Virus record (IMG/VR): IMGVR_UViG_3300034198_015569
Coordinates: 24,428 to 88,427 of that record
Source of the DNA: a virus
Reading direction: 5' to 3' (one strand)
Length of the DNA: 64,000 bases
In this document: positions 8,972 to 17,928 of the stretch, piece after piece
Numbering within the stretch: the first letter of the stretch is position 1
How the letters are laid out: each line of letters starts with the position of its first letter
Position numbers and translations under genes: made by a program
The notes under the pieces: generated by a model
Told to the model about the DNA's origin: nothing
Seen by the model: the letters and a program-made list of their open reading frames with translations, nothing else
Database searches by the model: none

Positions 8972-9319
8972 ATGTTCGACTTTGGATTAGGTAAGGTATG
9001 GTCTACACTAATAGTAATAGCATTAGCAATTGCTCTCTCTGGTGCCGCATTTTGGTATGTGTATAGTTGGGGATATAATGACGCACAGGCAAAATGTCAG
9101 GTTGCAGCATTAGAAGAAATAATTAAATCTAAAGAACGTGATTTGGCAGTTATTCAAAAGAAAGCTAACGAAGAGACGGTGACGAAAATTGAGCTTGACA
9201 AGAAGCTTAAAGCAAGAGAAGATGAACTAGAAGAATATAAGAGCAAACTTTCCGAAAACAATTCATGTATTGCAACTGATGCTGATGTGGAATACTTTAA
9301 CGGAAAGAAAAAGAAATGA
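8972..9319 (+). CDS. inner-membrane spanin (Rz-like)
   Basis: N-terminal TM plus coiled coil; adjacent lipoprotein. Confidence 0.7.
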   Translation: MFDFGLGKVWSTLIVIALAIALSGAAFWYVYSWGYNDAQAKCQVAALEEIIKSKERDLAVIQKKANEETVTKIELDKKLKAREDELEEYKSKLSENNSCIATDADVEYFNGKKKK

Positions 9320-9570
9320 AGAAAGTATTAATTGTATTTTTATTGGGTATTGTATTAGCCGGATGTGAACAAACAGTTCCAAAACCCGAGCTTAAAATTA
9401 CACTCCCTCCACCACCTTCCTTTTGTGATAAGGTGGACCTTCCAAAATTAAAGAAAGGTGAAGATATTCGTGTATTTGCTGGACGATTAAAAGTGTTTGC
9501 AGAATCACGAAATGATGATCTATCATCATGTCGTAAATGGATTGAAGACTTAGCTAAAGAATATCAGTAA
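9316..9570 (+). CDS. outer-membrane spanin lipoprotein (Rz1-like)
   Basis: LAGC lipobox, proline-rich PPPP. Confidence 0.7.
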   Translation: MKKVLIVFLLGIVLAGCEQTVPKPELKITLPPPPSFCDKVDLPKLKKGEDIRVFAGRLKVFAESRNDDLSSCRKWIEDLAKEYQ

Positions 9571-9584
9571 AGGAAATTTTTATT

Positions 9585-9935
9585 ATGGATAAAGTGGTTA
9601 TTACTCTTACCGTTTCAGATATTGATCCTAAAATCCCTTCAATTTCAATTCCAATCCTATTGGTTGAAAGTGAGGAAATCGCACAAGATTTGGTTAATCG
9701 TATTCGAACTACTTTTAATGATATTAATGCCAAATCCCGCCAAAGATATGAACCCCTTCTTATTAAAGCTATGGAAGACCAAGATAAAGATACACAGAGA
9801 CTCCTTGTAAGTCAGATTTGTAAAGAATATGATGATGCTTTAAAGCAATATAATGTTCCTACTAATTATTTCTCTTGGATACATACTGTTGATATTAAAT
9901 TCATGGCATTTTATGTGAAGAATTGGGAAAATTGA
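9585..9935 (+). CDS. hypothetical protein
   Basis: ORF with RBS. Confidence 0.55.
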   Translation: MDKVVITLTVSDIDPKIPSISIPILLVESEEIAQDLVNRIRTTFNDINAKSRQRYEPLLIKAMEDQDKDTQRLLVSQICKEYDDALKQYNVPTNYFSWIHTVDIKFMAFYVKNWEN

Positions 9936-9936
9936 A

Positions 9937-10215
9937 TTGAAAATTTATAATATTGTAAGACGATTGATTGGCTGGAAGGATAGTTATTCTGAAACAATTA
10001 TTCTAAGAGCCTTTACCAATAAGGAGTCTGCCGAAACATGGCAGACTCGTAGAATCGAGCTTTACGATGCTGGAACTGTTGCGCTTAGCACTAATGATGA
10101 TGAAAAAATTCAATTGGCCTTTCTTGACATTGAAGCCCATGGTATTCCCCCGGTAAGTCTCGATATTTACATGGCTGAACGTTTTTATATTTGCGAAACG
10201 GAATTATATAAATGA
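9937..10215 (+). CDS. hypothetical protein
   Basis: TTG start, coupled to next gene. Confidence 0.5.
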   Translation: MKIYNIVRRLIGWKDSYSETIILRAFTNKESAETWQTRRIELYDAGTVALSTNDDEKIQLAFLDIEAHGIPPVSLDIYMAERFYICETELYK

Positions 10216-10661
10216 AATTATATTTTGCTGGACCTTCAGTTTTCCTTAAAAACGGACAATCAGAAATTACAGGTAATTTTTTAAAGAATCTTGCGTTGCG
10301 TTATGGAGCCACTGGTTTTTATCCCGGTGATTTCTCTTCAACTGATCCTGGAAAAATTTACGATAACTGTGTTTCAAACCTATTTGATTCTAATGCTATT
10401 ATTGCCGATATTGGTAGTTGGCGTGGTGCCGAGATGGATGTTGGAACAGCCGTCGAAATCGGAATTGCAATTGGAAAAAATATCCCAATTTATGGATATG
10501 CAGAAGATTGGGATATTCCGCTTGTTGACAAACTTCCTCCTTCAGTTGATTATGATACAGAAAATTTTGGATTTCCACAAAATCTAATGGTTATTTTTTC
10601 TTGTGTTGAAATCTTTGAAACAGCAGAAGAAGCCGTAAAAGCTGCCACTAAAAGAAGATAA
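10212..10661 (+). CDS. nucleoside 2-deoxyribosyltransferase family protein
   Basis: LYFAGP...DVGTAVEIGIA...NLMV. Confidence 0.8.
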   Translation: MKLYFAGPSVFLKNGQSEITGNFLKNLALRYGATGFYPGDFSSTDPGKIYDNCVSNLFDSNAIIADIGSWRGAEMDVGTAVEIGIAIGKNIPIYGYAEDWDIPLVDKLPPSVDYDTENFGFPQNLMVIFSCVEIFETAEEAVKAATKRR

Positions 10662-10662
10662 T

Positions 10663-10995
10663 ATGAGCAAACGTCATAGTTTACTTTCAAGAATTAAAAA
10701 AAGAAAATGGGGAAATGAATTAATAGAAACGAATAAAAACTGTTTCTATTGTGATACTCCATTTAACGATTTTAATGAATATGATCGAATGACGGGAGAC
10801 CATATTATTCCAAAGTGTCGTGGAGGAAAAATTGTAGAACATAATATTGTTCTTGCGTGTAATATGTGTAATGCGGTAAAAGACAACACAGATTTTATTA
10901 AATTCTATATGTTTGCACAATTATATATCAAGCATAATAGAATGAATAGTATTTCAAAATTAAATCATGAATATAGGAGAATACGAAATGGATAA
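10663..10995 (+). CDS. HNH endonuclease
   Basis: CFYC...DHIIPKCRGG...NIVLACNMCN. Confidence 0.8.
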   Translation: MSKRHSLLSRIKKRKWGNELIETNKNCFYCDTPFNDFNEYDRMTGDHIIPKCRGGKIVEHNIVLACNMCNAVKDNTDFIKFYMFAQLYIKHNRMNSISKLNHEYRRIRNG

Positions 10996-11239
10996 GTTGG
11001 TTACTGTACTTGGTGGAATTCTATTGGTTGGTCTGATTCTTACTCTAGGTGCTTTAGTTGGACCTTTGGTAGGAGCTTTCGTAGGTTGGGTTCTTTCATG
11101 GGCCATGCCAACGTGGATTTCCGGTGGATTTGCTGCTTTTGGATTAAATGTCAATCCTGATCAGTTTGTGGCAGTTGGCGCCATGCTTGGATTTGTTGGT
11201 GCATTTCTCAGAAGTACCGGACAATCAAATAAGTCTTGA
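10988..11239 (+). CDS. membrane protein
   Basis: Gly-rich hydrophobic helices; AGGAG RBS. Confidence 0.6.
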   Translation: MDKLVTVLGGILLVGLILTLGALVGPLVGAFVGWVLSWAMPTWISGGFAAFGLNVNPDQFVAVGAMLGFVGAFLRSTGQSNKS

Positions 11240-11290
11240 CCCTAAAATAAATTAGTATATTATGTAATAACAATTTGGGGGGAGAATCGT

Positions 11291-11485
11291 ATGGACATTA
11301 TTCTTAATGTTGAATATATTTCTGCTTCCAAATTGTGGCATGGTTATACACAAGAAACTGATGGGATTGAATTTATTTTTGCAGTGGCAGGTTGCCAAAC
11401 TCTGGATGAACTGATAGAATGTATGAACTATTTGGCTAATGAAAAAGGTAAAATTGTTTCGTTTATTATAAATAGGATTAAGTAA
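11291..11485 (+). CDS. hypothetical protein
   Basis: GGAG RBS. Confidence 0.5.
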   Translation: MDIILNVEYISASKLWHGYTQETDGIEFIFAVAGCQTLDELIECMNYLANEKGKIVSFIINRIK

Positions 11486-11688
11486 TGATTACGGAACGTG
11501 ATGTATATAAAGTAATTAAAGAACTTATAGAATTTCCTTTTCCACAAGTTTGTGTACATCATGCCGCAGGAAAGCTCATTACAATGCTTGAAAATTGTGG
11601 ATATGAGATTGACAATGATTTGGTACACTCTATAGTGTTTGCTGAAGATGAAAAATCATTAGCAATGTTGGAAGATAAAATTAAATGA
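11485..11688 (+). CDS. hypothetical protein
   Basis: TAATG coupling. Confidence 0.5.
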   Translation: MITERDVYKVIKELIEFPFPQVCVHHAAGKLITMLENCGYEIDNDLVHSIVFAEDEKSLAMLEDKIK

Positions 11689-11697
11689 AATTTTGAT

Positions 11698-11790
11698 GGC
11701 TGCGGGTGTAGGACACGGGAGGTGCTTATAACACCTTATAGTCCGCAGATAACGGATTCCAACTAGGATCGATACCTAGCGCAGTCACCA
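11698..11790 (+). tRNA. tRNA-Ile(TAT), atypical (short D arm, long variable arm)
   Basis: GGCTGCG/CGCAGTC-ACCA; AGGTG-CTTATAA-CACCT; CTAGG-ATCGATA-CCTAG. Confidence 0.75.
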
Positions 11791-11795
11791 TGATT

Positions 11796-12455
11796 TCATT
11801 TTATTGAAAGTTTCCAGCCATATTTTGAATATTGAGGAAATTGATTTTGTTTAATTTCTTTTATAATATCATTTTTTTCTATTCGAATTAATTTATAGTT
11901 TCGTTTCTTTTTTATTTTAATAGGCGGATTAGGATTGTTTTTATACTTATAAATTCTATCTGATGTATGTGCTGATTTTCCGTTATTTTTAGCAATTTGC
12001 TTCCATTCATCACTTTGAAAGTATGATTTATCTCTATTTTGATTGACAATCTTCATTGTATTTGAAATTTTTTGGCGTCTATCAATATCAGCCTCTCTAT
12101 CATATGTGGCTTTACGATATGTAGATATATCCTTACGAATAGTTTCATATAAACGAGAACATATTACTCTTTGAGATTGATGTTTATTATTTCGTCGGAA
12201 TGCTGTAACTGCCCAAGCTAACTTAAACCAAATATCAGTATTCTTCTCTACCATCTTGGTTAAAAGAATATGACAAATAAAGTGTTCTTTAGCGGAGAGT
12301 AAAACTAAATTGTTTTTGGTATTGTTTCCACCCAAACATTTAGGTATGATATGATGCTTTTCAAAATAATCGATAGAATTTTTAACTCTATTTTGTGATA
12401 TTGCATTAGAGATAATTTTATAATACCAAATGTAATATTTGTTGTTTAAAAACAT
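11796..12455 (-). CDS. HNH homing endonuclease
   Basis: EKHHIIPKCLGG...NLVLLSAKEHFICH; AAGGA RBS; minus-strand TATAAATA at 12483-12490. Confidence 0.85.
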   Translation of the reverse strand: MFLNNKYYIWYYKIISNAISQNRVKNSIDYFEKHHIIPKCLGGNNTKNNLVLLSAKEHFICHILLTKMVEKNTDIWFKLAWAVTAFRRNNKHQSQRVICSRLYETIRKDISTYRKATYDREADIDRRQKISNTMKIVNQNRDKSYFQSDEWKQIAKNNGKSAHTSDRIYKYKNNPNPPIKIKKKRNYKLIRIEKNDIIKEIKQNQFPQYSKYGWKLSIK

Positions 12456-12518
12456 ATTTATCCTTTGTATCTGTTGCAAAATTATTTATAAGCAGTTGAC
12501 AGAAAATCGATAGTGATC

Positions 12519-12526
12519 TATAAATA
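12519..12526 (+). promoter_or_regulatory. T4-type late promoter (with upstream TTGACA)
   Basis: TATAAATA ending 7 nt before tRNA cluster. Confidence 0.65.
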
Positions 12527-12533
12527 AATTCAA

Positions 12534-12611
12534 GCCTCTGTAGTCCAATTGGCAGGAGACAGCACCCTCAAAACGTGTACAGTATCGGTTCGAATCCGAT
12601 TGGAGGCACCA
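12534..12611 (+). tRNA. tRNA-Leu(CAA), short variable arm
   Basis: Cloverleaf, loop CTCAAAA, TTCGAAT, CCA. Confidence 0.85.
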
Positions 12612-12616
12612 AATTA

Positions 12617-12693
12617 GCGCATATAGTCCAACGGCAGGAGACAAGGCACTTAAAATGCCTACAGTGTTGGTTCGAATCCAACTATGCGCACCA
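12617..12693 (+). tRNA. tRNA-Leu(TAA), short variable arm
   Basis: AGGCA-CTTAAAA-TGCCT, CCA. Confidence 0.9.
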
Positions 12694-12718
12694 TTAAATT
12701 AATGATCCTGTGAATAAT

Positions 12719-12805
12719 GAGATTGTGGGTTCATGCGAATTCAGGCACAGCACGAATACTTAAAATATTCGACCTTTGTGGGTTCGATTCCCACCAATCT
12801 CACCA
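12719..12805 (+). tRNA. tRNA-Leu(TAA), expanded D region
   Basis: GAGATTG/CAATCTC-ACCA; CGAATA-CTTAAAA-TATTCG; GTGGG-TTCGATT-CCCAC. Confidence 0.7.
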
Positions 12806-12816
12806 ATTTCCCTTTT

Positions 12817-12891
12817 GCGGTTGTAGCTCAATGGTAGAGCAGGGCCTTCTAAACGCCATGGTAGTGGGTTCGAATCCCACCTACCGCACCA
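12817..12891 (+). tRNA. tRNA with CTA in anticodon register (possible amber suppressor; weak anticodon stem)
   Basis: 75-nt cloverleaf; loop TTCTAAA in canonical register, only 3 of 5 stem pairs. Confidence 0.55.
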
Positions 12892-12914
12892 TTCTTACAA
12901 AGGATACTTATATT

Positions 12915-13109
12915 ATGAATTCTTTTCTAAAAGGTTTTTTCAATGGCATTCTTGACTCCTGTGTTATTTTTTGCCCTCTAATTTGTAGTATAAATCTAGT
13001 TTTCGTTCCATCGCTATCTATTGTATGGATGCCTGCTGCTATTTTAGGTGGACTAATTCTAGCCAATGAAATTCGCAAAGGTTCGTTTGATTATATTGTA
13101 AATAAATAA
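12915..13109 (+). CDS. small membrane protein
   Basis: AAGGA RBS; hydrophobic. Confidence 0.5.
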   Translation: MNSFLKGFFNGILDSCVIFCPLICSINLVFVPSLSIVWMPAAILGGLILANEIRKGSFDYIVNK

Positions 13110-13186
13110 GTCCCTGTAGCTCAATTGGTTAGAGCCATCCGCTCATAACGGATCGGTTGTAGGTTCAAGTCCTACCGGGGACACCA
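13110..13186 (+). tRNA. tRNA(CAT), probably Ile2 (lysidine type)
   Basis: ATCCG-CTCATAA-CGGAT; Ile2-like body; CCA. Confidence 0.85.
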
Positions 13187-13473
13187 ATTCCTTTTCCTTA
13201 ATATTCATCTCTTCTTCAACCAAGATATCCATCGTTTAAATCTTCGGTTTGATGTTTGCCAATATAAATTTTTCCATTTGCACGACAGGTGGTTTTGTAT
13301 ATGGTATAAAACACAGACGCTTCCTAATTGTTGTTTGTCTGTGTATTTAGCACAGAGTGCTAATTTAAGCCGATAAGCTGGCCCTAGGGTCGCAAGACTT
13401 AGCTTATCGAAATTCACATAGGGCACAATTTAAAACAAAAAGCCCGTGCCCTAAAAGACACGGAAACTTAAAA

Positions 13474-13827
13474 ATGAAAAAGTATCTAATCATCTTCACC
13501 GCCGTTTTTCTTGGCGGTTGCCAGACAACGGAATCTGGAGTTCTTAAAAAGTATACCGCAACATCTTCTTATTATTGGCAGGGAAGCAAAACAGCAAGCG
13601 GCGAAAGATTTAATCCTCATGGATTGACGGCGGCGCATAAAAGGTATAGTTTTGGAACTAGATTGAGATTGACAAATCCAAAGAATAATCAATCGGTTGT
13701 CGTCAGAGTGAATGACCGTGGTCCTTTTATTAAGGGTCGTGATTTAGATGTTTCACTTGGTGCAGCTAATGCGCTTGGATTTCGTCAAGCTGGCGTAACT
13801 AATTTACATGTAGAGGTTTTAAAATAA
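13474..13827 (+). CDS. rlpA: RlpA-like lytic transglycosylase lipoprotein
   Basis: LGGC lipobox; TASGERF...TAAH...VRVNDRGPF...DVS. Confidence 0.9.
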   Translation: MKKYLIIFTAVFLGGCQTTESGVLKKYTATSSYYWQGSKTASGERFNPHGLTAAHKRYSFGTRLRLTNPKNNQSVVVRVNDRGPFIKGRDLDVSLGAANALGFRQAGVTNLHVEVLK

Positions 13828-13833
13828 GAATTC

Positions 13834-14289
13834 ATGGGCGTCCGTAATTATCCAGAAACACCAAGAGTATACTTTGATATGGATGGAGTTCTAGCCGATT
13901 TCGAGAAAGCGGCAGGACATGAGGGAATCCATCCAAAACAATTTAAAGGTATACATGGAGCATATGCTATGTTGCCGGTTATTACGGGCGCCCAAGAGGC
14001 AGTAGAACGGGTTATTAAAATGGGATACGAAAGTTTCGTTTGCACGAAAATTCCTGATGAAAACCCTTCTGCTGCAACAGATAAAATTTGGTGGATTAAG
14101 AAAAAATTTCCCATGCTACATGGTAGGGTGTTCATCGTTCCCGATAAAGGAGCCATAGGAAGACCATGTGATTTTCTTATTGATGATCATTTAGAATGGG
14201 CTAATGCTCATAATTTTCCTGGCACTAAAATTCCATTTAATGGAGATTGGGATACAATCTTCAACGTCCTTCCAAATTATAAAGGATAA
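13834..14289 (+). CDS. 5'(3')-deoxyribonucleotidase (HAD)
   Basis: YFDMDGVLADF...LIDD. Confidence 0.85.
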   Translation: MGVRNYPETPRVYFDMDGVLADFEKAAGHEGIHPKQFKGIHGAYAMLPVITGAQEAVERVIKMGYESFVCTKIPDENPSAATDKIWWIKKKFPMLHGRVFIVPDKGAIGRPCDFLIDDHLEWANAHNFPGTKIPFNGDWDTIFNVLPNYKG

Positions 14290-14293
14290 TATT

Positions 14294-14761
14294 ATGAATG
14301 AACTTTCTTTTCTTCTTTATCTAGCTCACGTTTCCGATAATATCGGAGGTGTTCTTGGGGTTCTTGGTGTTCTAACTTGCATCGGGGCAATAGTAATGGC
14401 GTTGTATTACACCATTACAAAATTTTTTGTTATACCAAGTATTGAAGTTGCTGGTGAATCTTGGAAGTCTTGGAGCACTGATGAATTTGACCGTTTGCTT
14501 GCCAGCGTAAAAGTTGCTGGTAAAGCTTTTGTTATTCTTTGTACCATTTCAATAACGGCAGGATTGATTAAAAGTTTTGTTCCCGACCGTAAGACTGTCA
14601 CATTGATTGCAGCTTCTCAGATTGGTGAAAAGATTATCAAGAGTCCGCAGGTTCAGTCTATTGTTGATCCGTCTATCACGCTTCTAAAGTCATGGATGGA
14701 ACAGCAAACACAGAGCATTGAAAAGGAAATGCTTAAGTCTAAACTGGATAACATGAAGTGA
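14294..14761 (+). CDS. membrane protein
   Basis: Two TM segments; AAGGA RBS. Confidence 0.6.
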   Translation: MNELSFLLYLAHVSDNIGGVLGVLGVLTCIGAIVMALYYTITKFFVIPSIEVAGESWKSWSTDEFDRLLASVKVAGKAFVILCTISITAGLIKSFVPDRKTVTLIAASQIGEKIIKSPQVQSIVDPSITLLKSWMEQQTQSIEKEMLKSKLDNMK

Positions 14762-15228
14762 ACATAGGTAGTGGAAATCCATATCCTTCTAACGCATTGA
14801 GCAACTTTGCGCCCCATCCCTTTGTTTTCAGAGGGGTGGAGTGCAATTCCATGGAAGGCTTGGTACAGAGCTTCAAATTCGACAAACCGCATATTCAGGT
14901 TGAAGTGTGTAAGCTTGTCGGATTGGCAGCAAAGAAGCGTGGTTCCGCTCGCAATAAGCAGTGGAAATCAAAGCAAATTCTTTGGTGGAATGGCAGTCCA
15001 TATCCTCGTGACAGCCAAGCATATCAAGACTTGCTGGACGAAGCTTATATCTGTCTTTCTTTTAATTCATCCTTTAAGAAAGCTCTTTTAGCGACTGGTG
15101 ATGCGGTATTGACACACTCCATTGGACGTAATAAGATCAATGAGACCGTGTTGACGGAAAAAGAATTTGTTTCCCGTCTAATGCTCATTCGTCAGATATT
15201 AAAAGGAAAAGAAAAGGATAATAAATGA
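14758..15228 (+). CDS. NADAR-like protein
   Basis: LSNFAPHPF...SMEG...ALLATGDAVLTH. Confidence 0.65.
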   Translation: MNIGSGNPYPSNALSNFAPHPFVFRGVECNSMEGLVQSFKFDKPHIQVEVCKLVGLAAKKRGSARNKQWKSKQILWWNGSPYPRDSQAYQDLLDEAYICLSFNSSFKKALLATGDAVLTHSIGRNKINETVLTEKEFVSRLMLIRQILKGKEKDNK

Positions 15229-15416
15229 CGTGGACACTTATTCTTTACATATTTGTAATTTCTTCGCCGTCCCGGTCTATGATGGATATGCAGACAGGAT
15301 ACACTTCATATGATACTTGTATGAAGGCTGGTGAACAAGCGAGTCCCGGTACAGTTAAATCTTCTAATTATGCGGTGCAAACACATTTCGTATATCGCTG
15401 CATTGAGGTAAAATAA
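15225..15416 (+). CDS. hypothetical protein
   Basis: ATGA coupling. Confidence 0.5.
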   Translation: MTWTLILYIFVISSPSRSMMDMQTGYTSYDTCMKAGEQASPGTVKSSNYAVQTHFVYRCIEVK

Positions 15417-15417
15417 T

Positions 15418-15816
15418 ATGCTTTCCCTTTACACAATTCTTATTCTTATTTTTGCTCATTGGTATGCCGATTTTGTTGAACAGACACAAGAAATGGCAAC
15501 CAATAAAAGCAAGAGTTGGGAGCATCTTAGCTGGCATGTAGTGAGCTATACCGTGAGCCTGTCTCTATTCGGGTTGGTTCTTGCCGCCGATATGATTGAT
15601 CGTGGACAGGCAACCCTGTGGGTTCTTGTTCCGTTGCTCGGTTGGCTTTTGCTCAACGGCGCATTGCATTTCATTACCGATGCTTGCACCAGTCGTTTGA
15701 CTGGATATTTTTACAAAAAGGGCGATTACCATAATTTCTTTGTGGTGATTGGATTTGAACAATTTATTCATTATACCTGTCTCTTTGTGACATGGTATTA
15801 TATGATTGGAGTATAA
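15418..15816 (+). CDS. DUF3307-like membrane protein
   Basis: AHWYADF.Q...K...H...HFITD...EQFIH. Confidence 0.7.
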   Translation: MLSLYTILILIFAHWYADFVEQTQEMATNKSKSWEHLSWHVVSYTVSLSLFGLVLAADMIDRGQATLWVLVPLLGWLLLNGALHFITDACTSRLTGYFYKKGDYHNFFVVIGFEQFIHYTCLFVTWYYMIGV

Positions 15817-15993
15817 TGTGCTTACTGAAGAAGAAATCGAAGATATAATCATTGCCGGCATCGAATATCATGGTTATTATGAACAAATTGACAATACGAT
15901 TTCTTGGTTTGAACAAGAGTATACTGGTAAATATGATCCTGAAGTTCTATTGAGAATTGCAGAAAAACATTGTTATTATTAATTGGAGTGGAC

Positions 15994-16440
15994 ATGACTA
16001 TTATTCAAAAACTAAACACTGATCTTCTTACCGCCCGCAAAGCTCGTAATTCTGAAAACATTACCATCCTTTCAACTGTTATTGGTGAGCTTAATGCAAA
16101 CGCAAAGCTCGTGGATGGTGTAAAGACGGTAACTGATGAGGAGGCAACTGCCCTTCTAAAGAAGCATATCAAGGGCATTGATGAGGTGTTGAAGTATCAG
16201 CCTGATAATACCAAGTCACAACATGAAAAGACAATTCTTTCAATTTATCTTCCTCAAATGATGAGCGAAGATGATTTGCGAAATACAATTCATAACTTTA
16301 TTAAATTTTATGCTGGCGCTGGCGAGCGGGCAGATTCGCTGCCAACTATGGGAATTGTCATGAAGTGGCTCAAGGACAATCATGCTGGACAATATGATGG
16401 CGCCCTTGCATCCAAGATCGTCAAGGAAACCCTGGCGTGA
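15994..16440 (+). CDS. GatB/YqeY domain protein
   Basis: ARKAR...YLPQMMSEDDL...MGIVMKWLK..GQYDG. Confidence 0.8.
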   Translation: MTIIQKLNTDLLTARKARNSENITILSTVIGELNANAKLVDGVKTVTDEEATALLKKHIKGIDEVLKYQPDNTKSQHEKTILSIYLPQMMSEDDLRNTIHNFIKFYAGAGERADSLPTMGIVMKWLKDNHAGQYDGALASKIVKETLA

Positions 16441-16775
16441 GTAAATATTTAGGGGAGACGCCTGTAACTGATTTTACAGGCACTCCATACGAAGGATTTA
16501 CTCCTACCGATTGGGCTATGTTGTTTATTACAAAATATGGTCAAATTAGTGGTGAACATCATAAAGCATGGGTATTAGATCAAGTATCCAGAATCCTCAA
16601 AGGAACGCCCGTTGAAGTAACTCTTGCAACTTGGGATACTGGAGAGAAAGAATATCGAATTAATACTGGAACACCATCTCAATCTTATTTGGGCTGGGTT
16701 TCCTATATGCTTGGTGAATATAATGAAGAAAACGAAGAATATGAATATGAATACGATGAAGGCAATGCTCCATGA
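16437..16775 (+). CDS. hypothetical phage protein
   Basis: GQI.GEHHKAWVLDQV motif. Confidence 0.6.
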   Translation: MSKYLGETPVTDFTGTPYEGFTPTDWAMLFITKYGQISGEHHKAWVLDQVSRILKGTPVEVTLATWDTGEKEYRINTGTPSQSYLGWVSYMLGEYNEENEEYEYEYDEGNAP

Positions 16776-17044
16776 TTAATATTAATTTATATATTGGAAA
16801 CCCATTTTCCAAACAAGTATATAATGAAATTTTAGAAGAACTTTATTATAAGAACTGGCGTCTGTGCTCACATAAAGTGTTTGAAGTACAAATATTTAAA
16901 TTTAATAAAAAAGATATTTTTGACTTCTCTTTTGAAATTCGCCCAAAGACGGTTGATCATGCTGGTTGGAGTTTTGAATTAAGACTCTTCGGGTTTGGTC
17001 CGTCATTTGCATTCTATGACACCCGACATTCTGATCAGCGATGA
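16772..17044 (+). CDS. hypothetical protein
   Basis: Coupled ORF. Confidence 0.55.
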   Translation: MININLYIGNPFSKQVYNEILEELYYKNWRLCSHKVFEVQIFKFNKKDIFDFSFEIRPKTVDHAGWSFELRLFGFGPSFAFYDTRHSDQR

Positions 17045-17919
17045 AAAAAACTATAAATTACGAATATTTGGAAGAAAAAGTTCATTATAATATTCCCGCA
17101 CTTGATACCAAATTGTATAAAGGAATAATTATTGATACTGAAACCGTCGATAAAAACGAAGATTCTGATATAATTGAATTGGCAGCACTTTTATTTACAT
17201 TTGATCTTAATGGTACGGTATATGAAGTAATCGACCAATATCATTCATACAACGATACAGATCAGGAAATATCTTCTGGTGCGTTTGCTAAACATGGTCT
17301 TACAAAAGACGATATTAAGGGACATTCTATAGATATAGAATTACTAAAAGATTGGCGAAAGCAATCTGTAATAGTAATTGCCCATAATGCTGTATTTGAT
17401 CGCGGAAAGCTTTTGAGAAAAATACCAGAATTTAGAAAAAGTTATTGGGCATGCACATGTTATGACATTGATTGGGAAGCGCAAGGCTATACCCATAAAA
17501 CCTTAGAATATCTTACTCTCAAAAATAGAATTCATTATGAAAATGGACACAGAGCCACAACGGATTGTCATTATCTTTTAGAGTTAGTTTCAAGAGAACT
17601 TCCTTCGACCGGAATTCCCATACTTCGTCATCTCATGGATGCCGCAAGTAAAGAGGTTTATATTATTGGGATTAAACTCGATCCATATTCAGAAGACTTA
17701 AAGAATTATCTTAAAGATTGGCGATATGATTATCATAAAGAAAATAAAGCTTGGACGAATAGTAAATTGAGCCAAAAAGAATTTATCGATCAATGTAAAA
17801 TTATTTCTGAATATGGAAATAAAGATAATATTAGATGGAGTAAAATTTCTAGACGTGATCCCGAATATTTTGACTTGACAAAGGAATATACATACAATAT
17901 GTTGTTCTCTCCAAAATAG
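17041..17919 (+). CDS. DEDDh 3'-5' exonuclease (DnaQ-like)
   Basis: IDTET, AHNAVFD, HRATTD motifs. Confidence 0.85.
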   Translation: MKKTINYEYLEEKVHYNIPALDTKLYKGIIIDTETVDKNEDSDIIELAALLFTFDLNGTVYEVIDQYHSYNDTDQEISSGAFAKHGLTKDDIKGHSIDIELLKDWRKQSVIVIAHNAVFDRGKLLRKIPEFRKSYWACTCYDIDWEAQGYTHKTLEYLTLKNRIHYENGHRATTDCHYLLELVSRELPSTGIPILRHLMDAASKEVYIIGIKLDPYSEDLKNYLKDWRYDYHKENKAWTNSKLSQKEFIDQCKIISEYGNKDNIRWSKISRRDPEYFDLTKEYTYNMLFSPK

Positions 17920-17928
17920 GAGGAAACT

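Noticed and set aside
12717-12914. N-terminal extension of ORF 12717-13109
   Set aside because: Overlaps two tRNAs; RBS-supported start is at 12915.
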